Positions 37,329-47,755 of a stretch of DNA of 64,000 nt are shown here, piece by piece. How positions within the stretch are numbered: position 1 is the stretch's first letter; each line of letters starts with the position of its first letter. Source of the stretch: a virus; IMG/VR virus record IMGVR_UViG_3300027728_000006, positions 1-64,000 of that record; one strand, written 5' to 3'. The notes below the pieces were generated by a model. The model searched no databases and was not told the origin of the DNA. It saw only the letters and a list, made by a program, of their open reading frames with translations. A program made the position numbers and the translations under genes.

Positions 37329-37820
37329 TTAATCTTCTTGACTTACTGTATTGCTGGAGGAAACACTGAAGGATGCTTCGAGGCTAAGTTTCAGCCATTC
37401 TCTTAGTTTAATTGATTCATCATTCGTAAAGCCAACTGAAAAAATATTTTCTTTGTCTTTTGTGTCAGAAACCCTTAATCCAAATCCTGACATTACTCCT
37501 TCTTTAAGATATGGCGAAAAAGAAATTGAAACTCCAGAATCATTATTAAATTTATGAAAAGTTGACCACTTTTCTTCTTTTTCAATTGCTCGAATAATAC
37601 CAGAAACTTCAACATCATTGAATTTGATATTTTTTTTGGCGCTCAAATTGTCTTTATTACCCTTGAATGAGCCAATTTTTTTCTCAGCATTCCATGAGAA
37701 TTGTTTTATAAAAGAAACGTAAATCCCACCATCTGCTTCGTTAAAAGCGATGGAAACGGCTACTCCCTTGTTGCTTGCATTTGGTTTGTAAAATTGAATA
37801 TTGTTTATAGTCATACGCAA
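37329..37820 (-). CDS. Putative ssDNA-binding protein (PC4/Whirly-like)
   Basis: Beta-rich duplicated fold with acidic tail, directly downstream of the polymerase gene. Confidence 0.4.
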   Translation of the reverse strand: MRMTINNIQFYKPNASNKGVAVSIAFNEADGGIYVSFIKQFSWNAEKKIGSFKGNKDNLSAKKNIKFNDVEVSGIIRAIEKEEKWSTFHKFNNDSGVSISFSPYLKEGVMSGFGLRVSDTKDKENIFSVGFTNDESIKLREWLKLSLEASFSVSSSNTVSQED

Positions 37821-37831
37821 ATATTATATAT

Positions 37832-40432
37832 CTATTCTATCTCTTCATCTATTAATTCTTCATCTTTTATATCTCTGAGAGCCATGTATATTTTTGCAGT
37901 CTGAATCCCTAATTTATCCACATAACAAGCGTTCCCATCCTTCTTGGTTCCTTTTATAACTAACACGTCGCCTTCCTTCGGAAGATTTCCATCATTATCT
38001 TTTTTACATTCCTCAAGCTTATCCCATTTTTTAGATGAAAAAATAAAGCAGTCAACGGATCCAGTTTCGTCAGAGACTGAATACTTTACATATGGGTTCC
38101 CATTCTTTGATGTTCTTTTTACGATTTCATTCACCACTCCTACGAAAAATAGACTGCTTTTGTCACTCAATGAGTTGCAATATTTAATATCTTTAATATT
38201 TTCATTCTTCTTGCCGAAGATGGAGGAAAGACTTTCGCTGTAAGACATACCAAGAAGAGCTCTTTCGTAAAAAAAATTTGCCAATTCTTCATTTCTACTA
38301 TTCAACAAGTAAATAGTTTTAAATTTGTCATAATCCCTTTTAATTGTAGAAAACCTAGAACTCTTAATGATTGAACCACCTTTTTCATCTTTTATGGTTT
38401 CGTTCAAGGCTTTTACGCAATTAAGAACATCATCAAATTTTCCAGATTCAATTAATTGTTTTGTTAAAATTTTCTCTCTATCTTTTAGAAGATTCCACGT
38501 TTGCGCTTCTAAAACCAATCTGCTCCTAGATTTATTGTTTATACTTTGAAGAGCACCGGCTTGAATGAGCGCTGAAAGAACGCCTATTGATATCTTGGCT
38601 TGCTTTGCGGCGATGAATAAGTCAATTTTTGAATTATATTCGCCTCTAAAATTGATCATTTTTTCAATCACTTTTTTACTAATACCTTTGATTGCAGATA
38701 ATCCATATCTAATATTTGCGCCCTCTATCTCAAAGTCTTCGCCACTTTTCGCTAGGTCTGGAGGCAAAAGCTTAATTCCAAAATCCTTCATTTCTATACT
38801 GATAATATTAATTTCATTTAAACTATCCTGCTCGTTCTTTGCCATCCTCAGAAGAGCTAGGAAGAATTCTTTAGTGTGATTAAATTTAAAATATATAGTC
38901 AATGCTGCCATTGCGCTATAGGCTGCGCTATGAGAAAAGTTAAATTGATAGCCAGCACTGTCTTCACATACTTTCCAAATAGCGTCAGCTGTTTCTTTTT
39001 TTATATTTGAAGATTTGCACTTCTCATAAATCTTTGGCTTCCATTTCGCAATTTCTTCTGGGAGTTTTTTTCCGATAGCTCTTCTAATCTCTTCTGAATC
39101 AGAAAGAGAAAACCCAATTTTATTAAACATAGCCATTACCTGCTCCTGGTAAAGGCAAATGTTTCCGGTTTTTTCCAATACTGATTCGATAATTGGATCA
39201 ATTTCTGGCTTAACCCCAGTATTTGCATATGTTGCATATTGATCTGCGTAATCTAATGCTCCTGGTCTTGCAAGCGCAACTACAGCGCTGAGTTGTTCTA
39301 AATTTTTTGGCTTGACTTTTTGACAAACCTTATAATTTGTATCCGCTTCAATTTGAAATAAACCTCTTGGATTTTTTAAATCTTGAAGATGCGCATATAT
39401 AAGTTCATAATCTTCTAGATCAATTTTTTTATAATTTATACCCACTAACTTTGAGACTTCATGAATTACCGACACACTCTTTAAGCCAAGAAGGTCTAGT
39501 TTAATATTAATTTTTGTTGCCCAGTCCATTGTGAACGAGCTTACGGATTCTTTATCAGATGTTAATTCCGTTGGAGTAGTTTTATTTAGCAAATCGTGAC
39601 TAACCACAATTCCAGAAGCGTGAACTCCCTTATTTCTAATTAAATTTTTAAGTTTTAAAGCAATTTGATATACTTGCTTATTTTCATCGCACCAATTTTT
39701 AAATTCTTCGTTTGTCTCATAAATCTCCTCTGGCTCAGCTACTTTTCCAAATTTAGAAGTAAACAAAGGGGTAATTTTATTCATCTCTACTTCATCTTTT
39801 TCACCGATGATTTTTCCGCAATCTTTAATTAGAGCCTTACCAGAAAGGGTGGATACTGTAAGCATCTTGCTTGTTCTTTGAGGATACTTTTCTTCAAGAT
39901 ATTTTATGACTTCTTTTCTTCTATAATAGCAGATGTCGCTGTCAATATCTGCGATCATTTTTCCGTCAAGATATGTCACTCCATTTATAACTTGCTTTTT
40001 AGCTCTGGCTTCTGATACAAATCTTTGAAAAAATAATCCGTATTTTACTGGATCTACCCCAGTTACGCCAAGTAAATAAAGAACAAGGCTTCCGGCCGCT
40101 GACCCCCTACCAAGTCCAGTTGGAATATCGTTTTTATTACAAAAATTAAAAACATCCCAAACTATCAAAATATAATCTACAAAATCAAGTTTATAAAGAC
40201 TTTCAACTTCTTCAGTGACTCTTTCTTTGTACTTTGATATATCAAATCCTTGAGCCTTCCATTCTGGCATCTTTTCTTTAAAGCCTCTATTGCATAGAGA
40301 TTTTAAAATTTCTAAACTATTCGCATTTTCTGGAATAGCAAACTCGATGCGATCTTTTTTTTCGACTTCTACTTTTGGGCACCGAACACCATAAAATGGA
40401 AGGTTAAGTTTTGAAAAATTTTCTAAAAACAT
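37832..40432 (-). CDS. dnaE: DNA polymerase III alpha-like catalytic subunit lacking the N-terminal PHP domain
   Basis: GLGRGSAAGSLV, LFFQRF, ADIDSD, GVHASG, KLDLLGL, LYQEQVM, YQFNFSHSAAY, C-terminal OB fold. Confidence 0.92.
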   Translation of the reverse strand: MFLENFSKLNLPFYGVRCPKVEVEKKDRIEFAIPENANSLEILKSLCNRGFKEKMPEWKAQGFDISKYKERVTEEVESLYKLDFVDYILIVWDVFNFCNKNDIPTGLGRGSAAGSLVLYLLGVTGVDPVKYGLFFQRFVSEARAKKQVINGVTYLDGKMIADIDSDICYYRRKEVIKYLEEKYPQRTSKMLTVSTLSGKALIKDCGKIIGEKDEVEMNKITPLFTSKFGKVAEPEEIYETNEEFKNWCDENKQVYQIALKLKNLIRNKGVHASGIVVSHDLLNKTTPTELTSDKESVSSFTMDWATKINIKLDLLGLKSVSVIHEVSKLVGINYKKIDLEDYELIYAHLQDLKNPRGLFQIEADTNYKVCQKVKPKNLEQLSAVVALARPGALDYADQYATYANTGVKPEIDPIIESVLEKTGNICLYQEQVMAMFNKIGFSLSDSEEIRRAIGKKLPEEIAKWKPKIYEKCKSSNIKKETADAIWKVCEDSAGYQFNFSHSAAYSAMAALTIYFKFNHTKEFFLALLRMAKNEQDSLNEINIISIEMKDFGIKLLPPDLAKSGEDFEIEGANIRYGLSAIKGISKKVIEKMINFRGEYNSKIDLFIAAKQAKISIGVLSALIQAGALQSINNKSRSRLVLEAQTWNLLKDREKILTKQLIESGKFDDVLNCVKALNETIKDEKGGSIIKSSRFSTIKRDYDKFKTIYLLNSRNEELANFFYERALLGMSYSESLSSIFGKKNENIKDIKYCNSLSDKSSLFFVGVVNEIVKRTSKNGNPYVKYSVSDETGSVDCFIFSSKKWDKLEECKKDNDGNLPKEGDVLVIKGTKKDGNACYVDKLGIQTAKIYMALRDIKDEELIDEEIE

Positions 40433-40470
40433 ATTCTATGTTAGATATTTAAACGTTTTTGAGTTAGTTG

Positions 40471-41124
40471 TCAAATTTCAATTTGATATTTTAATTTGTT
40501 CCAGACTTGAATATTTATATTTAAATCATAAAGAGCGTCGTGCAGCTTACTTTCGTCAAGTTCTATAGATAAATTTTGAGCTACCTTGCTTAATGAGTTT
40601 TTAGAACCCTTGACTATATACCTGAGCATTTTGTACTGATAAAACATAAAATTCTCAGATTTTTGATATGGAATTCCGTTATTTATACCCTTTGCTATTG
40701 ATAGCGTATCAAACACTTGTTTCTTCGCAAGGATATCTGGACACTTTCTACCCATTCGCTCATAGATGGCTTTAATGAGGTAAATATCAAATCCGAGAAT
40801 ATTGTGACCAGCTATCGCATCACAGTCTTTCAAGTGATCGGAGAGTATATTGAAAGCATCAATTGGTTTAACGCCATCCTTATTCATTCGGTCCTCAGAG
40901 TAAGAATGAGCCATTTGCCTTGCGCCTTTTGAAAATTTAAAATCATCTCCCCAGTTTATTAGTATGTCTAATTCGGAATTTTTGCAAATTTCTCCCCCAA
41001 CTGTTTTAATCAAAGCCATCTGCCATGGAAGATTAAATCTATAATTAAGGCAAAGATTGGCGGTTTCAAAATCAATAAAAAGAATTTTAATTTTCTTATT
41101 AAATCTAACGAGGTCTTCTTGCAT
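40471..41124 (-). CDS. DEDDh 3'-5' exonuclease (DnaQ-like)
   Basis: IDFET, GHNILGFD, FDTL, LHDALYD. Confidence 0.88.
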   Translation of the reverse strand: MQEDLVRFNKKIKILFIDFETANLCLNYRFNLPWQMALIKTVGGEICKNSELDILINWGDDFKFSKGARQMAHSYSEDRMNKDGVKPIDAFNILSDHLKDCDAIAGHNILGFDIYLIKAIYERMGRKCPDILAKKQVFDTLSIAKGINNGIPYQKSENFMFYQYKMLRYIVKGSKNSLSKVAQNLSIELDESKLHDALYDLNINIQVWNKLKYQIEI

Positions 41125-41125
41125 T

Positions 41126-41887
41126 TTATTTATTTTCTAGAAAGGATTCGAGACAAAAAGAATCACTGCACATGTGATCAAGATTAGGTTTTTGCAACTC
41201 ACTTTTCTTGCCCAAGCATCTAATCGTCAAATAAGCTAAAAAGTCTTCCCTATTTTCGTAATAGATAGATTGTATTTTTATTAACTCTGAGGCTGGAAAG
41301 TTTGATTTTACGAATGAAAAAAGTTTTTCCTTATAAATTGAATCAAACGGTAATTCATTTTCCTCCCAAAAAAATGTTGGGGTTGTCCAAAATTCAGAAG
41401 GGGCGCAAGAACTCATCCTAAAATGATTATTAAAAAGATAAGAATCGTAAAATGGAACGCCAAGTGAAAGAGAGGGGCACCAATATTTTTTCAAATTTTC
41501 AAAATCAATTCTAGGAACGTAATAAAACCCGTCTTTGGCGGCAGTAGAAAAGATTGAACTTAAATTTTCATAGCCGTCGGCATCATTTAAAAAGATAATA
41601 TATTTAGATTCAGTTTTTATTGACGCTTCATTTTTTTCAGCAATATTATTGCAAACAGTAATTCTTAATCCAAAATTTACATTTACATCGAGGTCTTTAG
41701 AATTAAAGTAAAGCTCCAATAAGCCGGACATATTATCATCAACCAAAAAAGCATTCTTGATATTATTATCTTTAACCAATTTCAAAATTGACCTTGGTCC
41801 GACTTCACCTTCATGATTTTTTTCCAGCGTTAGGATGGATCGATTCATTGAATAATGAGACTTGAAAAATGGTATAGTGTCGTCCAT
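41126..41887 (-). CDS. Stand-alone PHP domain of DnaE
   Basis: KSHYS, LVDD, FGLR, GYENL, GFYYVPRID. Confidence 0.8.
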   Translation of the reverse strand: MDDTIPFFKSHYSMNRSILTLEKNHEGEVGPRSILKLVKDNNIKNAFLVDDNMSGLLELYFNSKDLDVNVNFGLRITVCNNIAEKNEASIKTESKYIIFLNDADGYENLSSIFSTAAKDGFYYVPRIDFENLKKYWCPSLSLGVPFYDSYLFNNHFRMSSCAPSEFWTTPTFFWEENELPFDSIYKEKLFSFVKSNFPASELIKIQSIYYENREDFLAYLTIRCLGKKSELQKPNLDHMCSDSFCLESFLENK

Positions 41888-41893
41888 TTTTTG

Positions 41894-41921
41894 ATCATAC
41901 ATGTTCTTTAAGACATGTCAA
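41894..41921 (-). promoter_or_regulatory. Sigma70-like promoter, leaderless geometry
   Basis: TTGACA-N16-TATGAT-N6-ATG. Confidence 0.65.
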
Positions 41922-41924
41922 ACG

Positions 41925-42929
41925 TTATTTGAACGCTGGGCAACCAGAGTAATCAATTACTTCGATTTCCCATTCTTGTTCTTTTTTATTTTTTTCAATT
42001 TTTTCCAATGCTTCCTGATACTCTATATGTGAAGAGACTCCTTTGGCGGTTCTTTTGGATTCATCTTTTTCAATAATTTTATAAAAAGTCATTGGATTTT
42101 TGTAGGGACATGTCCATTTTCCCATTTGGCATAGCCAACTCTTTTTTCTATCAAAGTAAGCCATGTTGTTCGTGGCAGACTTTTCATCTATTTTTTCTAT
42201 AACAGATGTTATGTATTCTAAATAATGCTCCAATCCGTCGATTTCATTCTCAGAAAAATTACTGTCCTGGTACGGGCTGTCTGGGAATCTCATAAAAAAG
42301 AAACTAGCCTTGTAGTTTTTATAATTTTTCCATATTTTTCTAGCGACGAGGGAATACATCATAGCTTGAATGTTGGCGTCCTCATCGTCTCCTTTAAATT
42401 TTTTAGAAGAACTCTTGTAGTCTAAAATCTTAATATCATCGCCATCTATCTCTACTCTATCAATAAAACCCCTAATTGCATACCTTGGTGACTCATTGAC
42501 TATGTTAAACTCATATTCAGAATCTATAATTTTAGAAAAGTCCTTGTCTATGAATTCGAATTTCATAGTTGTCATCACCATGTCGCAAACAGTTTCCCAA
42601 TTATCTTTAGTTGGAAGCTTCGCTTTGATCGGTTTGACGGGCTCCTCTTTTGAGATTTTTTCTTTTAAGAATTGATTTTCTAAAAATCTTTTAATGGCGG
42701 GAATTTTTTCTGGAGATCCAGCATTCCATATTTTTTTAATATAATGTTGGTGCTTGGCTTTAGAAATCAATTCAAAAAGATTGTGAACAACCGTCCCCCT
42801 GCTGGCACCGCTATTTCCCTTTTGCGGAATGCCTAACTCATAGGAGGCATAATATTGCCAAGAGCAAGAATCGAGGGTTTTTATTTTAGAAGCTGATAGG
42901 TATGTGGGTTTTTTTAATTGTTGTTCCAT
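41925..42929 (-). CDS. PD-(D/E)XK nuclease (RecB/AddB/Cas4-like)
   Basis: LSASKI...C, RGTVVH, RGFIDR, ILDYKS, QAMMY, C-terminal cysteines. Confidence 0.85.
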   Translation of the reverse strand: MEQQLKKPTYLSASKIKTLDSCSWQYYASYELGIPQKGNSGASRGTVVHNLFELISKAKHQHYIKKIWNAGSPEKIPAIKRFLENQFLKEKISKEEPVKPIKAKLPTKDNWETVCDMVMTTMKFEFIDKDFSKIIDSEYEFNIVNESPRYAIRGFIDRVEIDGDDIKILDYKSSSKKFKGDDEDANIQAMMYSLVARKIWKNYKNYKASFFFMRFPDSPYQDSNFSENEIDGLEHYLEYITSVIEKIDEKSATNNMAYFDRKKSWLCQMGKWTCPYKNPMTFYKIIEKDESKRTAKGVSSHIEYQEALEKIEKNKKEQEWEIEVIDYSGCPAFK

Positions 42930-43843
42930 TCTTGAATTTCTTTCTCTGACATTTCTCCAAAATCATTTTTCGGAGGTAGTTTTATTATTACTTGATTTTT
43001 ATCAAAATAATCAAGGAATTTCTTTTTTGCAGTTTGTGCTGCTAGATTTCCAGCATTGCTTTTTTTATCATTAACTGAGTCATTATTGAACGATATTATA
43101 ATTTTCTCAGGATCTAGTGAGACAAGCGTGTAACACAATTCGTCTAAGCCTGTTAAGCCAAATGTGATAACAAAATTTCTAATACCAGACTGCCAAAGTT
43201 TTAATCCATCGCCAATGCTTTCAATAACAATGCAGGTTCTAGAATCTAGGATATAATCTTTAGTCAAAAATAATGGGTATCTCCATTCGTTCTTTCTTCC
43301 GATATGTTTCCATTTTGGTGGATATTTATCATTCATGCCTCTCCCAGAGAAACCTAAAATATTCTTTTTCTCGTCATAAATTGGAAAAACATATCTCCCT
43401 AGCATTTTTCCACTGTAACAAAGTCCTCCCTCGAAAAGATCTAAAGTTTCCTTTATTATTCCCCTTCCAGACCAATAAGAGTAATCGCTTTTGAGTTTTG
43501 AAAGAAGAGATTTGTCATAAAATTTAATATAATCAAGTTCCATATTTTCAGTTTGTGAGCTTTCTTGAATGTGATTCGAGAAATTTAAATTCAATTTTTT
43601 AAGCCAACTTTTTGCATAGCCTTTTGGCTTGCTCAGGCTAAGTTCTATCAAATCTTCAAGTGAGCCGCAGTAGTTTCGAGCAAAATCTATCCATCGTCCA
43701 TCGTCTTTCCTGATACAAAGAACACTATCATTGCCAGAGTCTCTGTAAATTGGCTTGGTTCTCCAGTCTCTTCCGTTGTCAGAAAGCTTATAGCCAAGAT
43801 TTTCTAAAACGTTTCTGATTGATTCTGAATTACAAGAGTTCAT
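42914..43843 (-). CDS. dnaG: DNA primase (TOPRIM)
   Basis: YW..RGI, RYVFPIYD...GFSGR, PKW, VIESIGD, NDFGEM. Confidence 0.85.
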   Translation of the reverse strand: MNSCNSESIRNVLENLGYKLSDNGRDWRTKPIYRDSGNDSVLCIRKDDGRWIDFARNYCGSLEDLIELSLSKPKGYAKSWLKKLNLNFSNHIQESSQTENMELDYIKFYDKSLLSKLKSDYSYWSGRGIIKETLDLFEGGLCYSGKMLGRYVFPIYDEKKNILGFSGRGMNDKYPPKWKHIGRKNEWRYPLFLTKDYILDSRTCIVIESIGDGLKLWQSGIRNFVITFGLTGLDELCYTLVSLDPEKIIISFNNDSVNDKKSNAGNLAAQTAKKKFLDYFDKNQVIIKLPPKNDFGEMSEKEIQEWNNN

Positions 43844-45335
43844 CTTTACTATTGCCACCATCTACGGGGCGTCCCTCCTTATCGAAAATTTGAAATTGAA
43901 GACCGTTTTTCTTAACAAGTTGATCAAGGCTTCCCTTTTCCTCTACGTTGAAATTCTTAACATCGAAAGATATATAATTGCTTACATATTTTCTTTCTCC
44001 GTTGACAATTCTTTCAACCAAGTCAACGTGACCGCTGGCTTCTTTTCCTTGGAAGCGGCTGGCAGTTGTTACCAATTTATGAGAACCGCATTCTTCCCCA
44101 TCTTCTTCAATTTCATCAATCGTTTTTCTTCTAAAGATGCCAACATAAGATGCGAACCATTGGAGGCGGTCAGATAGAGCGATAGCGGAAGAGTCATCAG
44201 TGAATCCTCCTGCTTTTCTATTCTGACTTTCTCCGCTTCTATTCATTTGAGTGGAAGTCAATACTACACAATTCAATTCTTCACCAAGCTTCTTGAGTTT
44301 ATCGGTCTTGTCTCCGATTACTTGATATTCCTTCCAGGATTCAGAAACTCCTTCTCCTGTCATTTTAAGATAATCATATGTGATAATAGCGTTTTCTCCG
44401 CGACCAACCTTGGAATAATACCATCTGCGAGCTATTGACATGATTTCACTCGTACTTTTATTTCCAACTTTCAAATGATGAAATTTGAAATTTTTAATTT
44501 TTGTCCAAGTGGCTCTAACTTTTTGAACCATTTCTGGATTTTTTCTCCAATTTCCAGTATCTATGTACCAAAATGGCACGCCAGAAATTGACGCGATCAG
44601 TCTTTTTTGAACATCAAGCGTTTCCATTTCAGTATCCAGGTACAAGCACGACACTTTGCCATTGTAAGTCTCATTGCATATCTTATAATTTAGATCGCAA
44701 AGCATCGTGGTCTTTCCAGATTTTGGACGAGCAACAAAAGCATACAAATTTTTTGGTCGAAGACCTCCATATAGGCGATTAAAATCTTTAAATGGAGTGA
44801 GAAATCCCGAATCATCAACTGGATTGTTTCCAATTTCTTCAATTTGCTCCATAGCATCTTCGAAAATATTTACAGGCTCTTCAAATAAGTCATAAACGCT
44901 AATTTTTTCATTATAAATTGCATCTGCAGCAGCAATAATCTGATCTGCTGACATTTCCTCTTTGGCGATCATCTTCTGCTTTAACTTCTCTGCAGTTTCA
45001 TGAATTTCCCTTTTGATTGTAAGGGTTTTAAGTTTTTTAGCAGATTCAATAAACGCTTTTTCAGATAAGTTTATTAGGCTTAAGCTCTCAAGATAATCAA
45101 ATATGTTTGTGGAGTTTTTAAATGTTATACCAAGATTGTTAATTTTTTGGCTAATCAGAACATTATCAACACTTTCATTCTGAGCAATTGTATTTTTAAT
45201 GACGCTGAAGATTACAGAGTGGATATTATGGTAAAAATCTTTCTCATTTACAAATGAATCAATTTCATAAAATGATTTTGGATATTTTAAGCATCCTGTG
45301 ATTACGTGTTTTTCTACTGGCAGAGAATAAATCAT
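43830..45335 (-). CDS. dnaB: Replicative helicase, DnaB family
   Basis: ARPKSGKT Walker A, DTEM, YDYLK, TQMNR; N-terminal domain EKHVI...DFY...H. Confidence 0.92.
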   Translation of the reverse strand: MIYSLPVEKHVITGCLKYPKSFYEIDSFVNEKDFYHNIHSVIFSVIKNTIAQNESVDNVLISQKINNLGITFKNSTNIFDYLESLSLINLSEKAFIESAKKLKTLTIKREIHETAEKLKQKMIAKEEMSADQIIAAADAIYNEKISVYDLFEEPVNIFEDAMEQIEEIGNNPVDDSGFLTPFKDFNRLYGGLRPKNLYAFVARPKSGKTTMLCDLNYKICNETYNGKVSCLYLDTEMETLDVQKRLIASISGVPFWYIDTGNWRKNPEMVQKVRATWTKIKNFKFHHLKVGNKSTSEIMSIARRWYYSKVGRGENAIITYDYLKMTGEGVSESWKEYQVIGDKTDKLKKLGEELNCVVLTSTQMNRSGESQNRKAGGFTDDSSAIALSDRLQWFASYVGIFRRKTIDEIEEDGEECGSHKLVTTASRFQGKEASGHVDLVERIVNGERKYVSNYISFDVKNFNVEEKGSLDQLVKKNGLQFQIFDKEGRPVDGGNSKDELL

Positions 45336-45390
45336 ACTTGTATTATTAGCATCTTTTTTAATCTAGTCAAACTAATACGGGGCCTTGTTT

Positions 45391-45645
45391 TCAATCCCCC
45401 TCATCGTCCTCATATGAATTCATAATGTCTTTTTTCATTCTTTCAAGTCTGCACTGCTTGTCAGCTTCTAGCCACTCCATTGAAAAATTTTTAATTTGAG
45501 ATTCGTGAAGCGCGCTATCATAGCTTTCGTAGATGTTTGGCAAACCGTCAGATCCTAAAACTATCATCATATATGCTCCACCACTCATTTCTTCAAGCTG
45601 CAATAAAATTGATTCTGGCAAGAGAAAATCATTGTCGTGTTCCAT
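45391..45645 (-). CDS. Acidic hypothetical protein
   Basis: ORF track. Confidence 0.6.
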   Translation of the reverse strand: MEHDNDFLLPESILLQLEEMSGGAYMMIVLGSDGLPNIYESYDSALHESQIKNFSMEWLEADKQCRLERMKKDIMNSYEDDEGD

Positions 45646-45649
45646 TATT

Positions 45650-46063
45650 TTATAAAATTAAATTAAATTTTTCTGCCATTAGTTCTGCTGATAAATCTTT
45701 AGTTTCAAAATCGTATATCTCTAGAAATACAAAACCATTGGATTCTATCCAATTTATTTTTTCAAAATCTCTCTTTATGGATTTCAAGAAGCCAACTCTA
45801 TTTTTATGAAAAAACTTTACAAACTTCTCATGCTGTCTTCCAGACGTCTCTATTGCTATTTTTTTTGTAAAATTTATTAGATCTATCCTAAGCTTGCTGC
45901 CTGGAATTTTAAATTCTTCGCAGACCACGTCTGCTATCCAGTATTTTTTAAAAAATTGTTTTGTAGCAAATTGAGGCGCACTTTTAGATGGATGATCCCA
46001 TTCTATTGAATATTTCGTATGGCTTACCTTGGTCGGTCTGCCTTTCATGTTGGAAATAATCAT
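45650..46063 (-). CDS. Vsr/DUF559-like endonuclease
   Basis: EEF.IPG..LRID...IAIETSGRQH...RD..K. Confidence 0.7.
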   Translation of the reverse strand: MIISNMKGRPTKVSHTKYSIEWDHPSKSAPQFATKQFFKKYWIADVVCEEFKIPGSKLRIDLINFTKKIAIETSGRQHEKFVKFFHKNRVGFLKSIKRDFEKINWIESNGFVFLEIYDFETKDLSAELMAEKFNLIL

Positions 46064-47145
46064 TAATTTAAACAGATTTCTTTAAATTTATTAAAAAGAT
46101 ATTCGGACGCTTCTTTATTATTGGCTAAGGCTAGTCTTAAGTTTTCAATGCCTTGTATAGTTTCTGGAAAAGAGATATTTTTATTTTTTAATTCCTCTAT
46201 TAGGGATGGGTCTATTTTGATCCAGGCTCCTGCTTTTTTAGCCATTTCCCAAGTCAACATGAGGTCTGCAATTTCATAATCGATCCAAACTGAATTTCCA
46301 TTTACTTGATTGTGCCTTATTGGGTATTTTATTTCTTTTCCATCTTTTTCATTTGGAGATTTTCTAAATAAAATTTTAGCCCAGTGACCAATATTTTCTT
46401 CTTTTCCATTTGTAGTAGAAGTTATGTAGTCAGCCTTGTATCTCGGAGCAAATTCAAAAATCCAATCTGAATAGTGAAGCAGTGCGGATCCTCCAGATGC
46501 ATTTGTCAACCTTGGATCCGTTTTGGCATATTGATTTATTTTTACCTCGCTTCTAACTTGGGAAATCATTGCGCAAATATGACCACCCACAGAAAAGGGT
46601 AAAGCCATCTTCCTTAAGAAGTGAGAAGAAATTACAGCTCCTCCACTAACTTTCACCGCATCTTCGAAGGATTTGTCTTTGTCACCTTTGGGTATAAGAG
46701 CGTCCATACTGTCAATAATGAAAAAGTAATTTGTACTTTCTTCGTTTGTTTGAACAAGTTGATGAATTAAATTAGCTACAGTTTCATATATATTACTTTT
46801 AAATATAAAGCAGGTTCCTTCCTTCCAGTCTTCTGCATTTTCTACAAAATTTACTCCAGATCTTTCTATCATGTTTTTGGAAAGTCTTCCTTCGGCTTTT
46901 ATGTAAAGAGCTTTTCTATTTTTGGAATTAGAAAGAAAACTTTTCATTATTGAAAGAGCGCAACTGGTTTTTCCTCCTCCGGAAACGCCACAAAACCTCA
47001 TAATTGAGGGATGGATTCCTCCTCCCAACTCCACGTCGAATATGAGACTTCCGGTAGAAATCGTATAATCCACATTCTCGGAAAAATTAAAGTGATCTTC
47101 TTTGTTACTTTTTAGATAGCTTGCTAATAGGTCTTGCGATTTCAT
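46063..47145 (-). CDS. recA: RecA/UvsX-like recombinase
   Basis: ISTGSLIFD..LGGG, GVSGGGKTS, IIDSM, ISQVR, SGGSALLHY. Confidence 0.88.
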   Translation of the reverse strand: MKSQDLLASYLKSNKEDHFNFSENVDYTISTGSLIFDVELGGGIHPSIMRFCGVSGGGKTSCALSIMKSFLSNSKNRKALYIKAEGRLSKNMIERSGVNFVENAEDWKEGTCFIFKSNIYETVANLIHQLVQTNEESTNYFFIIDSMDALIPKGDKDKSFEDAVKVSGGAVISSHFLRKMALPFSVGGHICAMISQVRSEVKINQYAKTDPRLTNASGGSALLHYSDWIFEFAPRYKADYITSTTNGKEENIGHWAKILFRKSPNEKDGKEIKYPIRHNQVNGNSVWIDYEIADLMLTWEMAKKAGAWIKIDPSLIEELKNKNISFPETIQGIENLRLALANNKEASEYLFNKFKEICLN

Positions 47146-47531
47146 TTTTTATTGTTTAAAAAGTCTTTTAAAGTTTTTATTTTTTTAGAGTTTTCTTTTT
47201 CTACTAAATCTTCGCCATGCTTTTCGGACGAAAGTATTTCAGTGTTGTGTTCTTTTTCTAAGGTTTTTATTTTAGAAAAAAATCTTTTGTGTTTTTCATT
47301 TAGAAACGACCTACCCTTTGGGGTGAGGAACCAAGCAAGTGATGGAATTTCAAATTCTGGTATAGCATGCCTCCAGAAGGCAGGATCGTCGCATTTTTTT
47401 ACTAGATCCTGCATTAGTTTCATCTCCTTTGGCCAAGAGATGGTTTTTTCTTGGCTTTTAGGTAGTTTTAAGCAGTTTAAAATAAATTCAGTTTTAAATC
47501 TATTTAATTTGAAATCTTTTTTACTTTTCAA
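47142..47531 (-). CDS. Hypothetical protein
   Basis: ORF overlapping the recA start. Confidence 0.6.
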   Translation of the reverse strand: MKSKKDFKLNRFKTEFILNCLKLPKSQEKTISWPKEMKLMQDLVKKCDDPAFWRHAIPEFEIPSLAWFLTPKGRSFLNEKHKRFFSKIKTLEKEHNTEILSSEKHGEDLVEKENSKKIKTLKDFLNNKK

Positions 47532-47566
47532 GATAAAAAGTAGTATCCTTTTTTTTTAAAGAAAGA

Positions 47567-47755
47567 TCAAGCTTTTTTTTCAAACACTGGACAAACCGCA
47601 CAGAAGGCGGAGTTTATTTCTGGAATTTTTCTTAAAGTGCATTCGTAAACAGTTTTTTTCTGCTTATTACAGGGGCATCCTATAAAGACTTCTTTGGGGG
47701 CACCTCTATGAGCACATAAGTCCATTTTTTCTTGCCCATCTAAAACCGGTTTCAT
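47567..47755 (-). CDS. Small Cys-rich protein
   Basis: C..., CPC, C..., CAVC. Confidence 0.55.
   Translation of the reverse strand: MKPVLDGQEKMDLCAHRGAPKEVFIGCPCNKQKKTVYECTLRKIPEINSAFCAVCPVFEKKA

Noticed and set aside
41925-42929. CRISPR-associated Cas4
   Set aside because: No repeat-spacer array or other cas genes seen; the context is replication/recombination.
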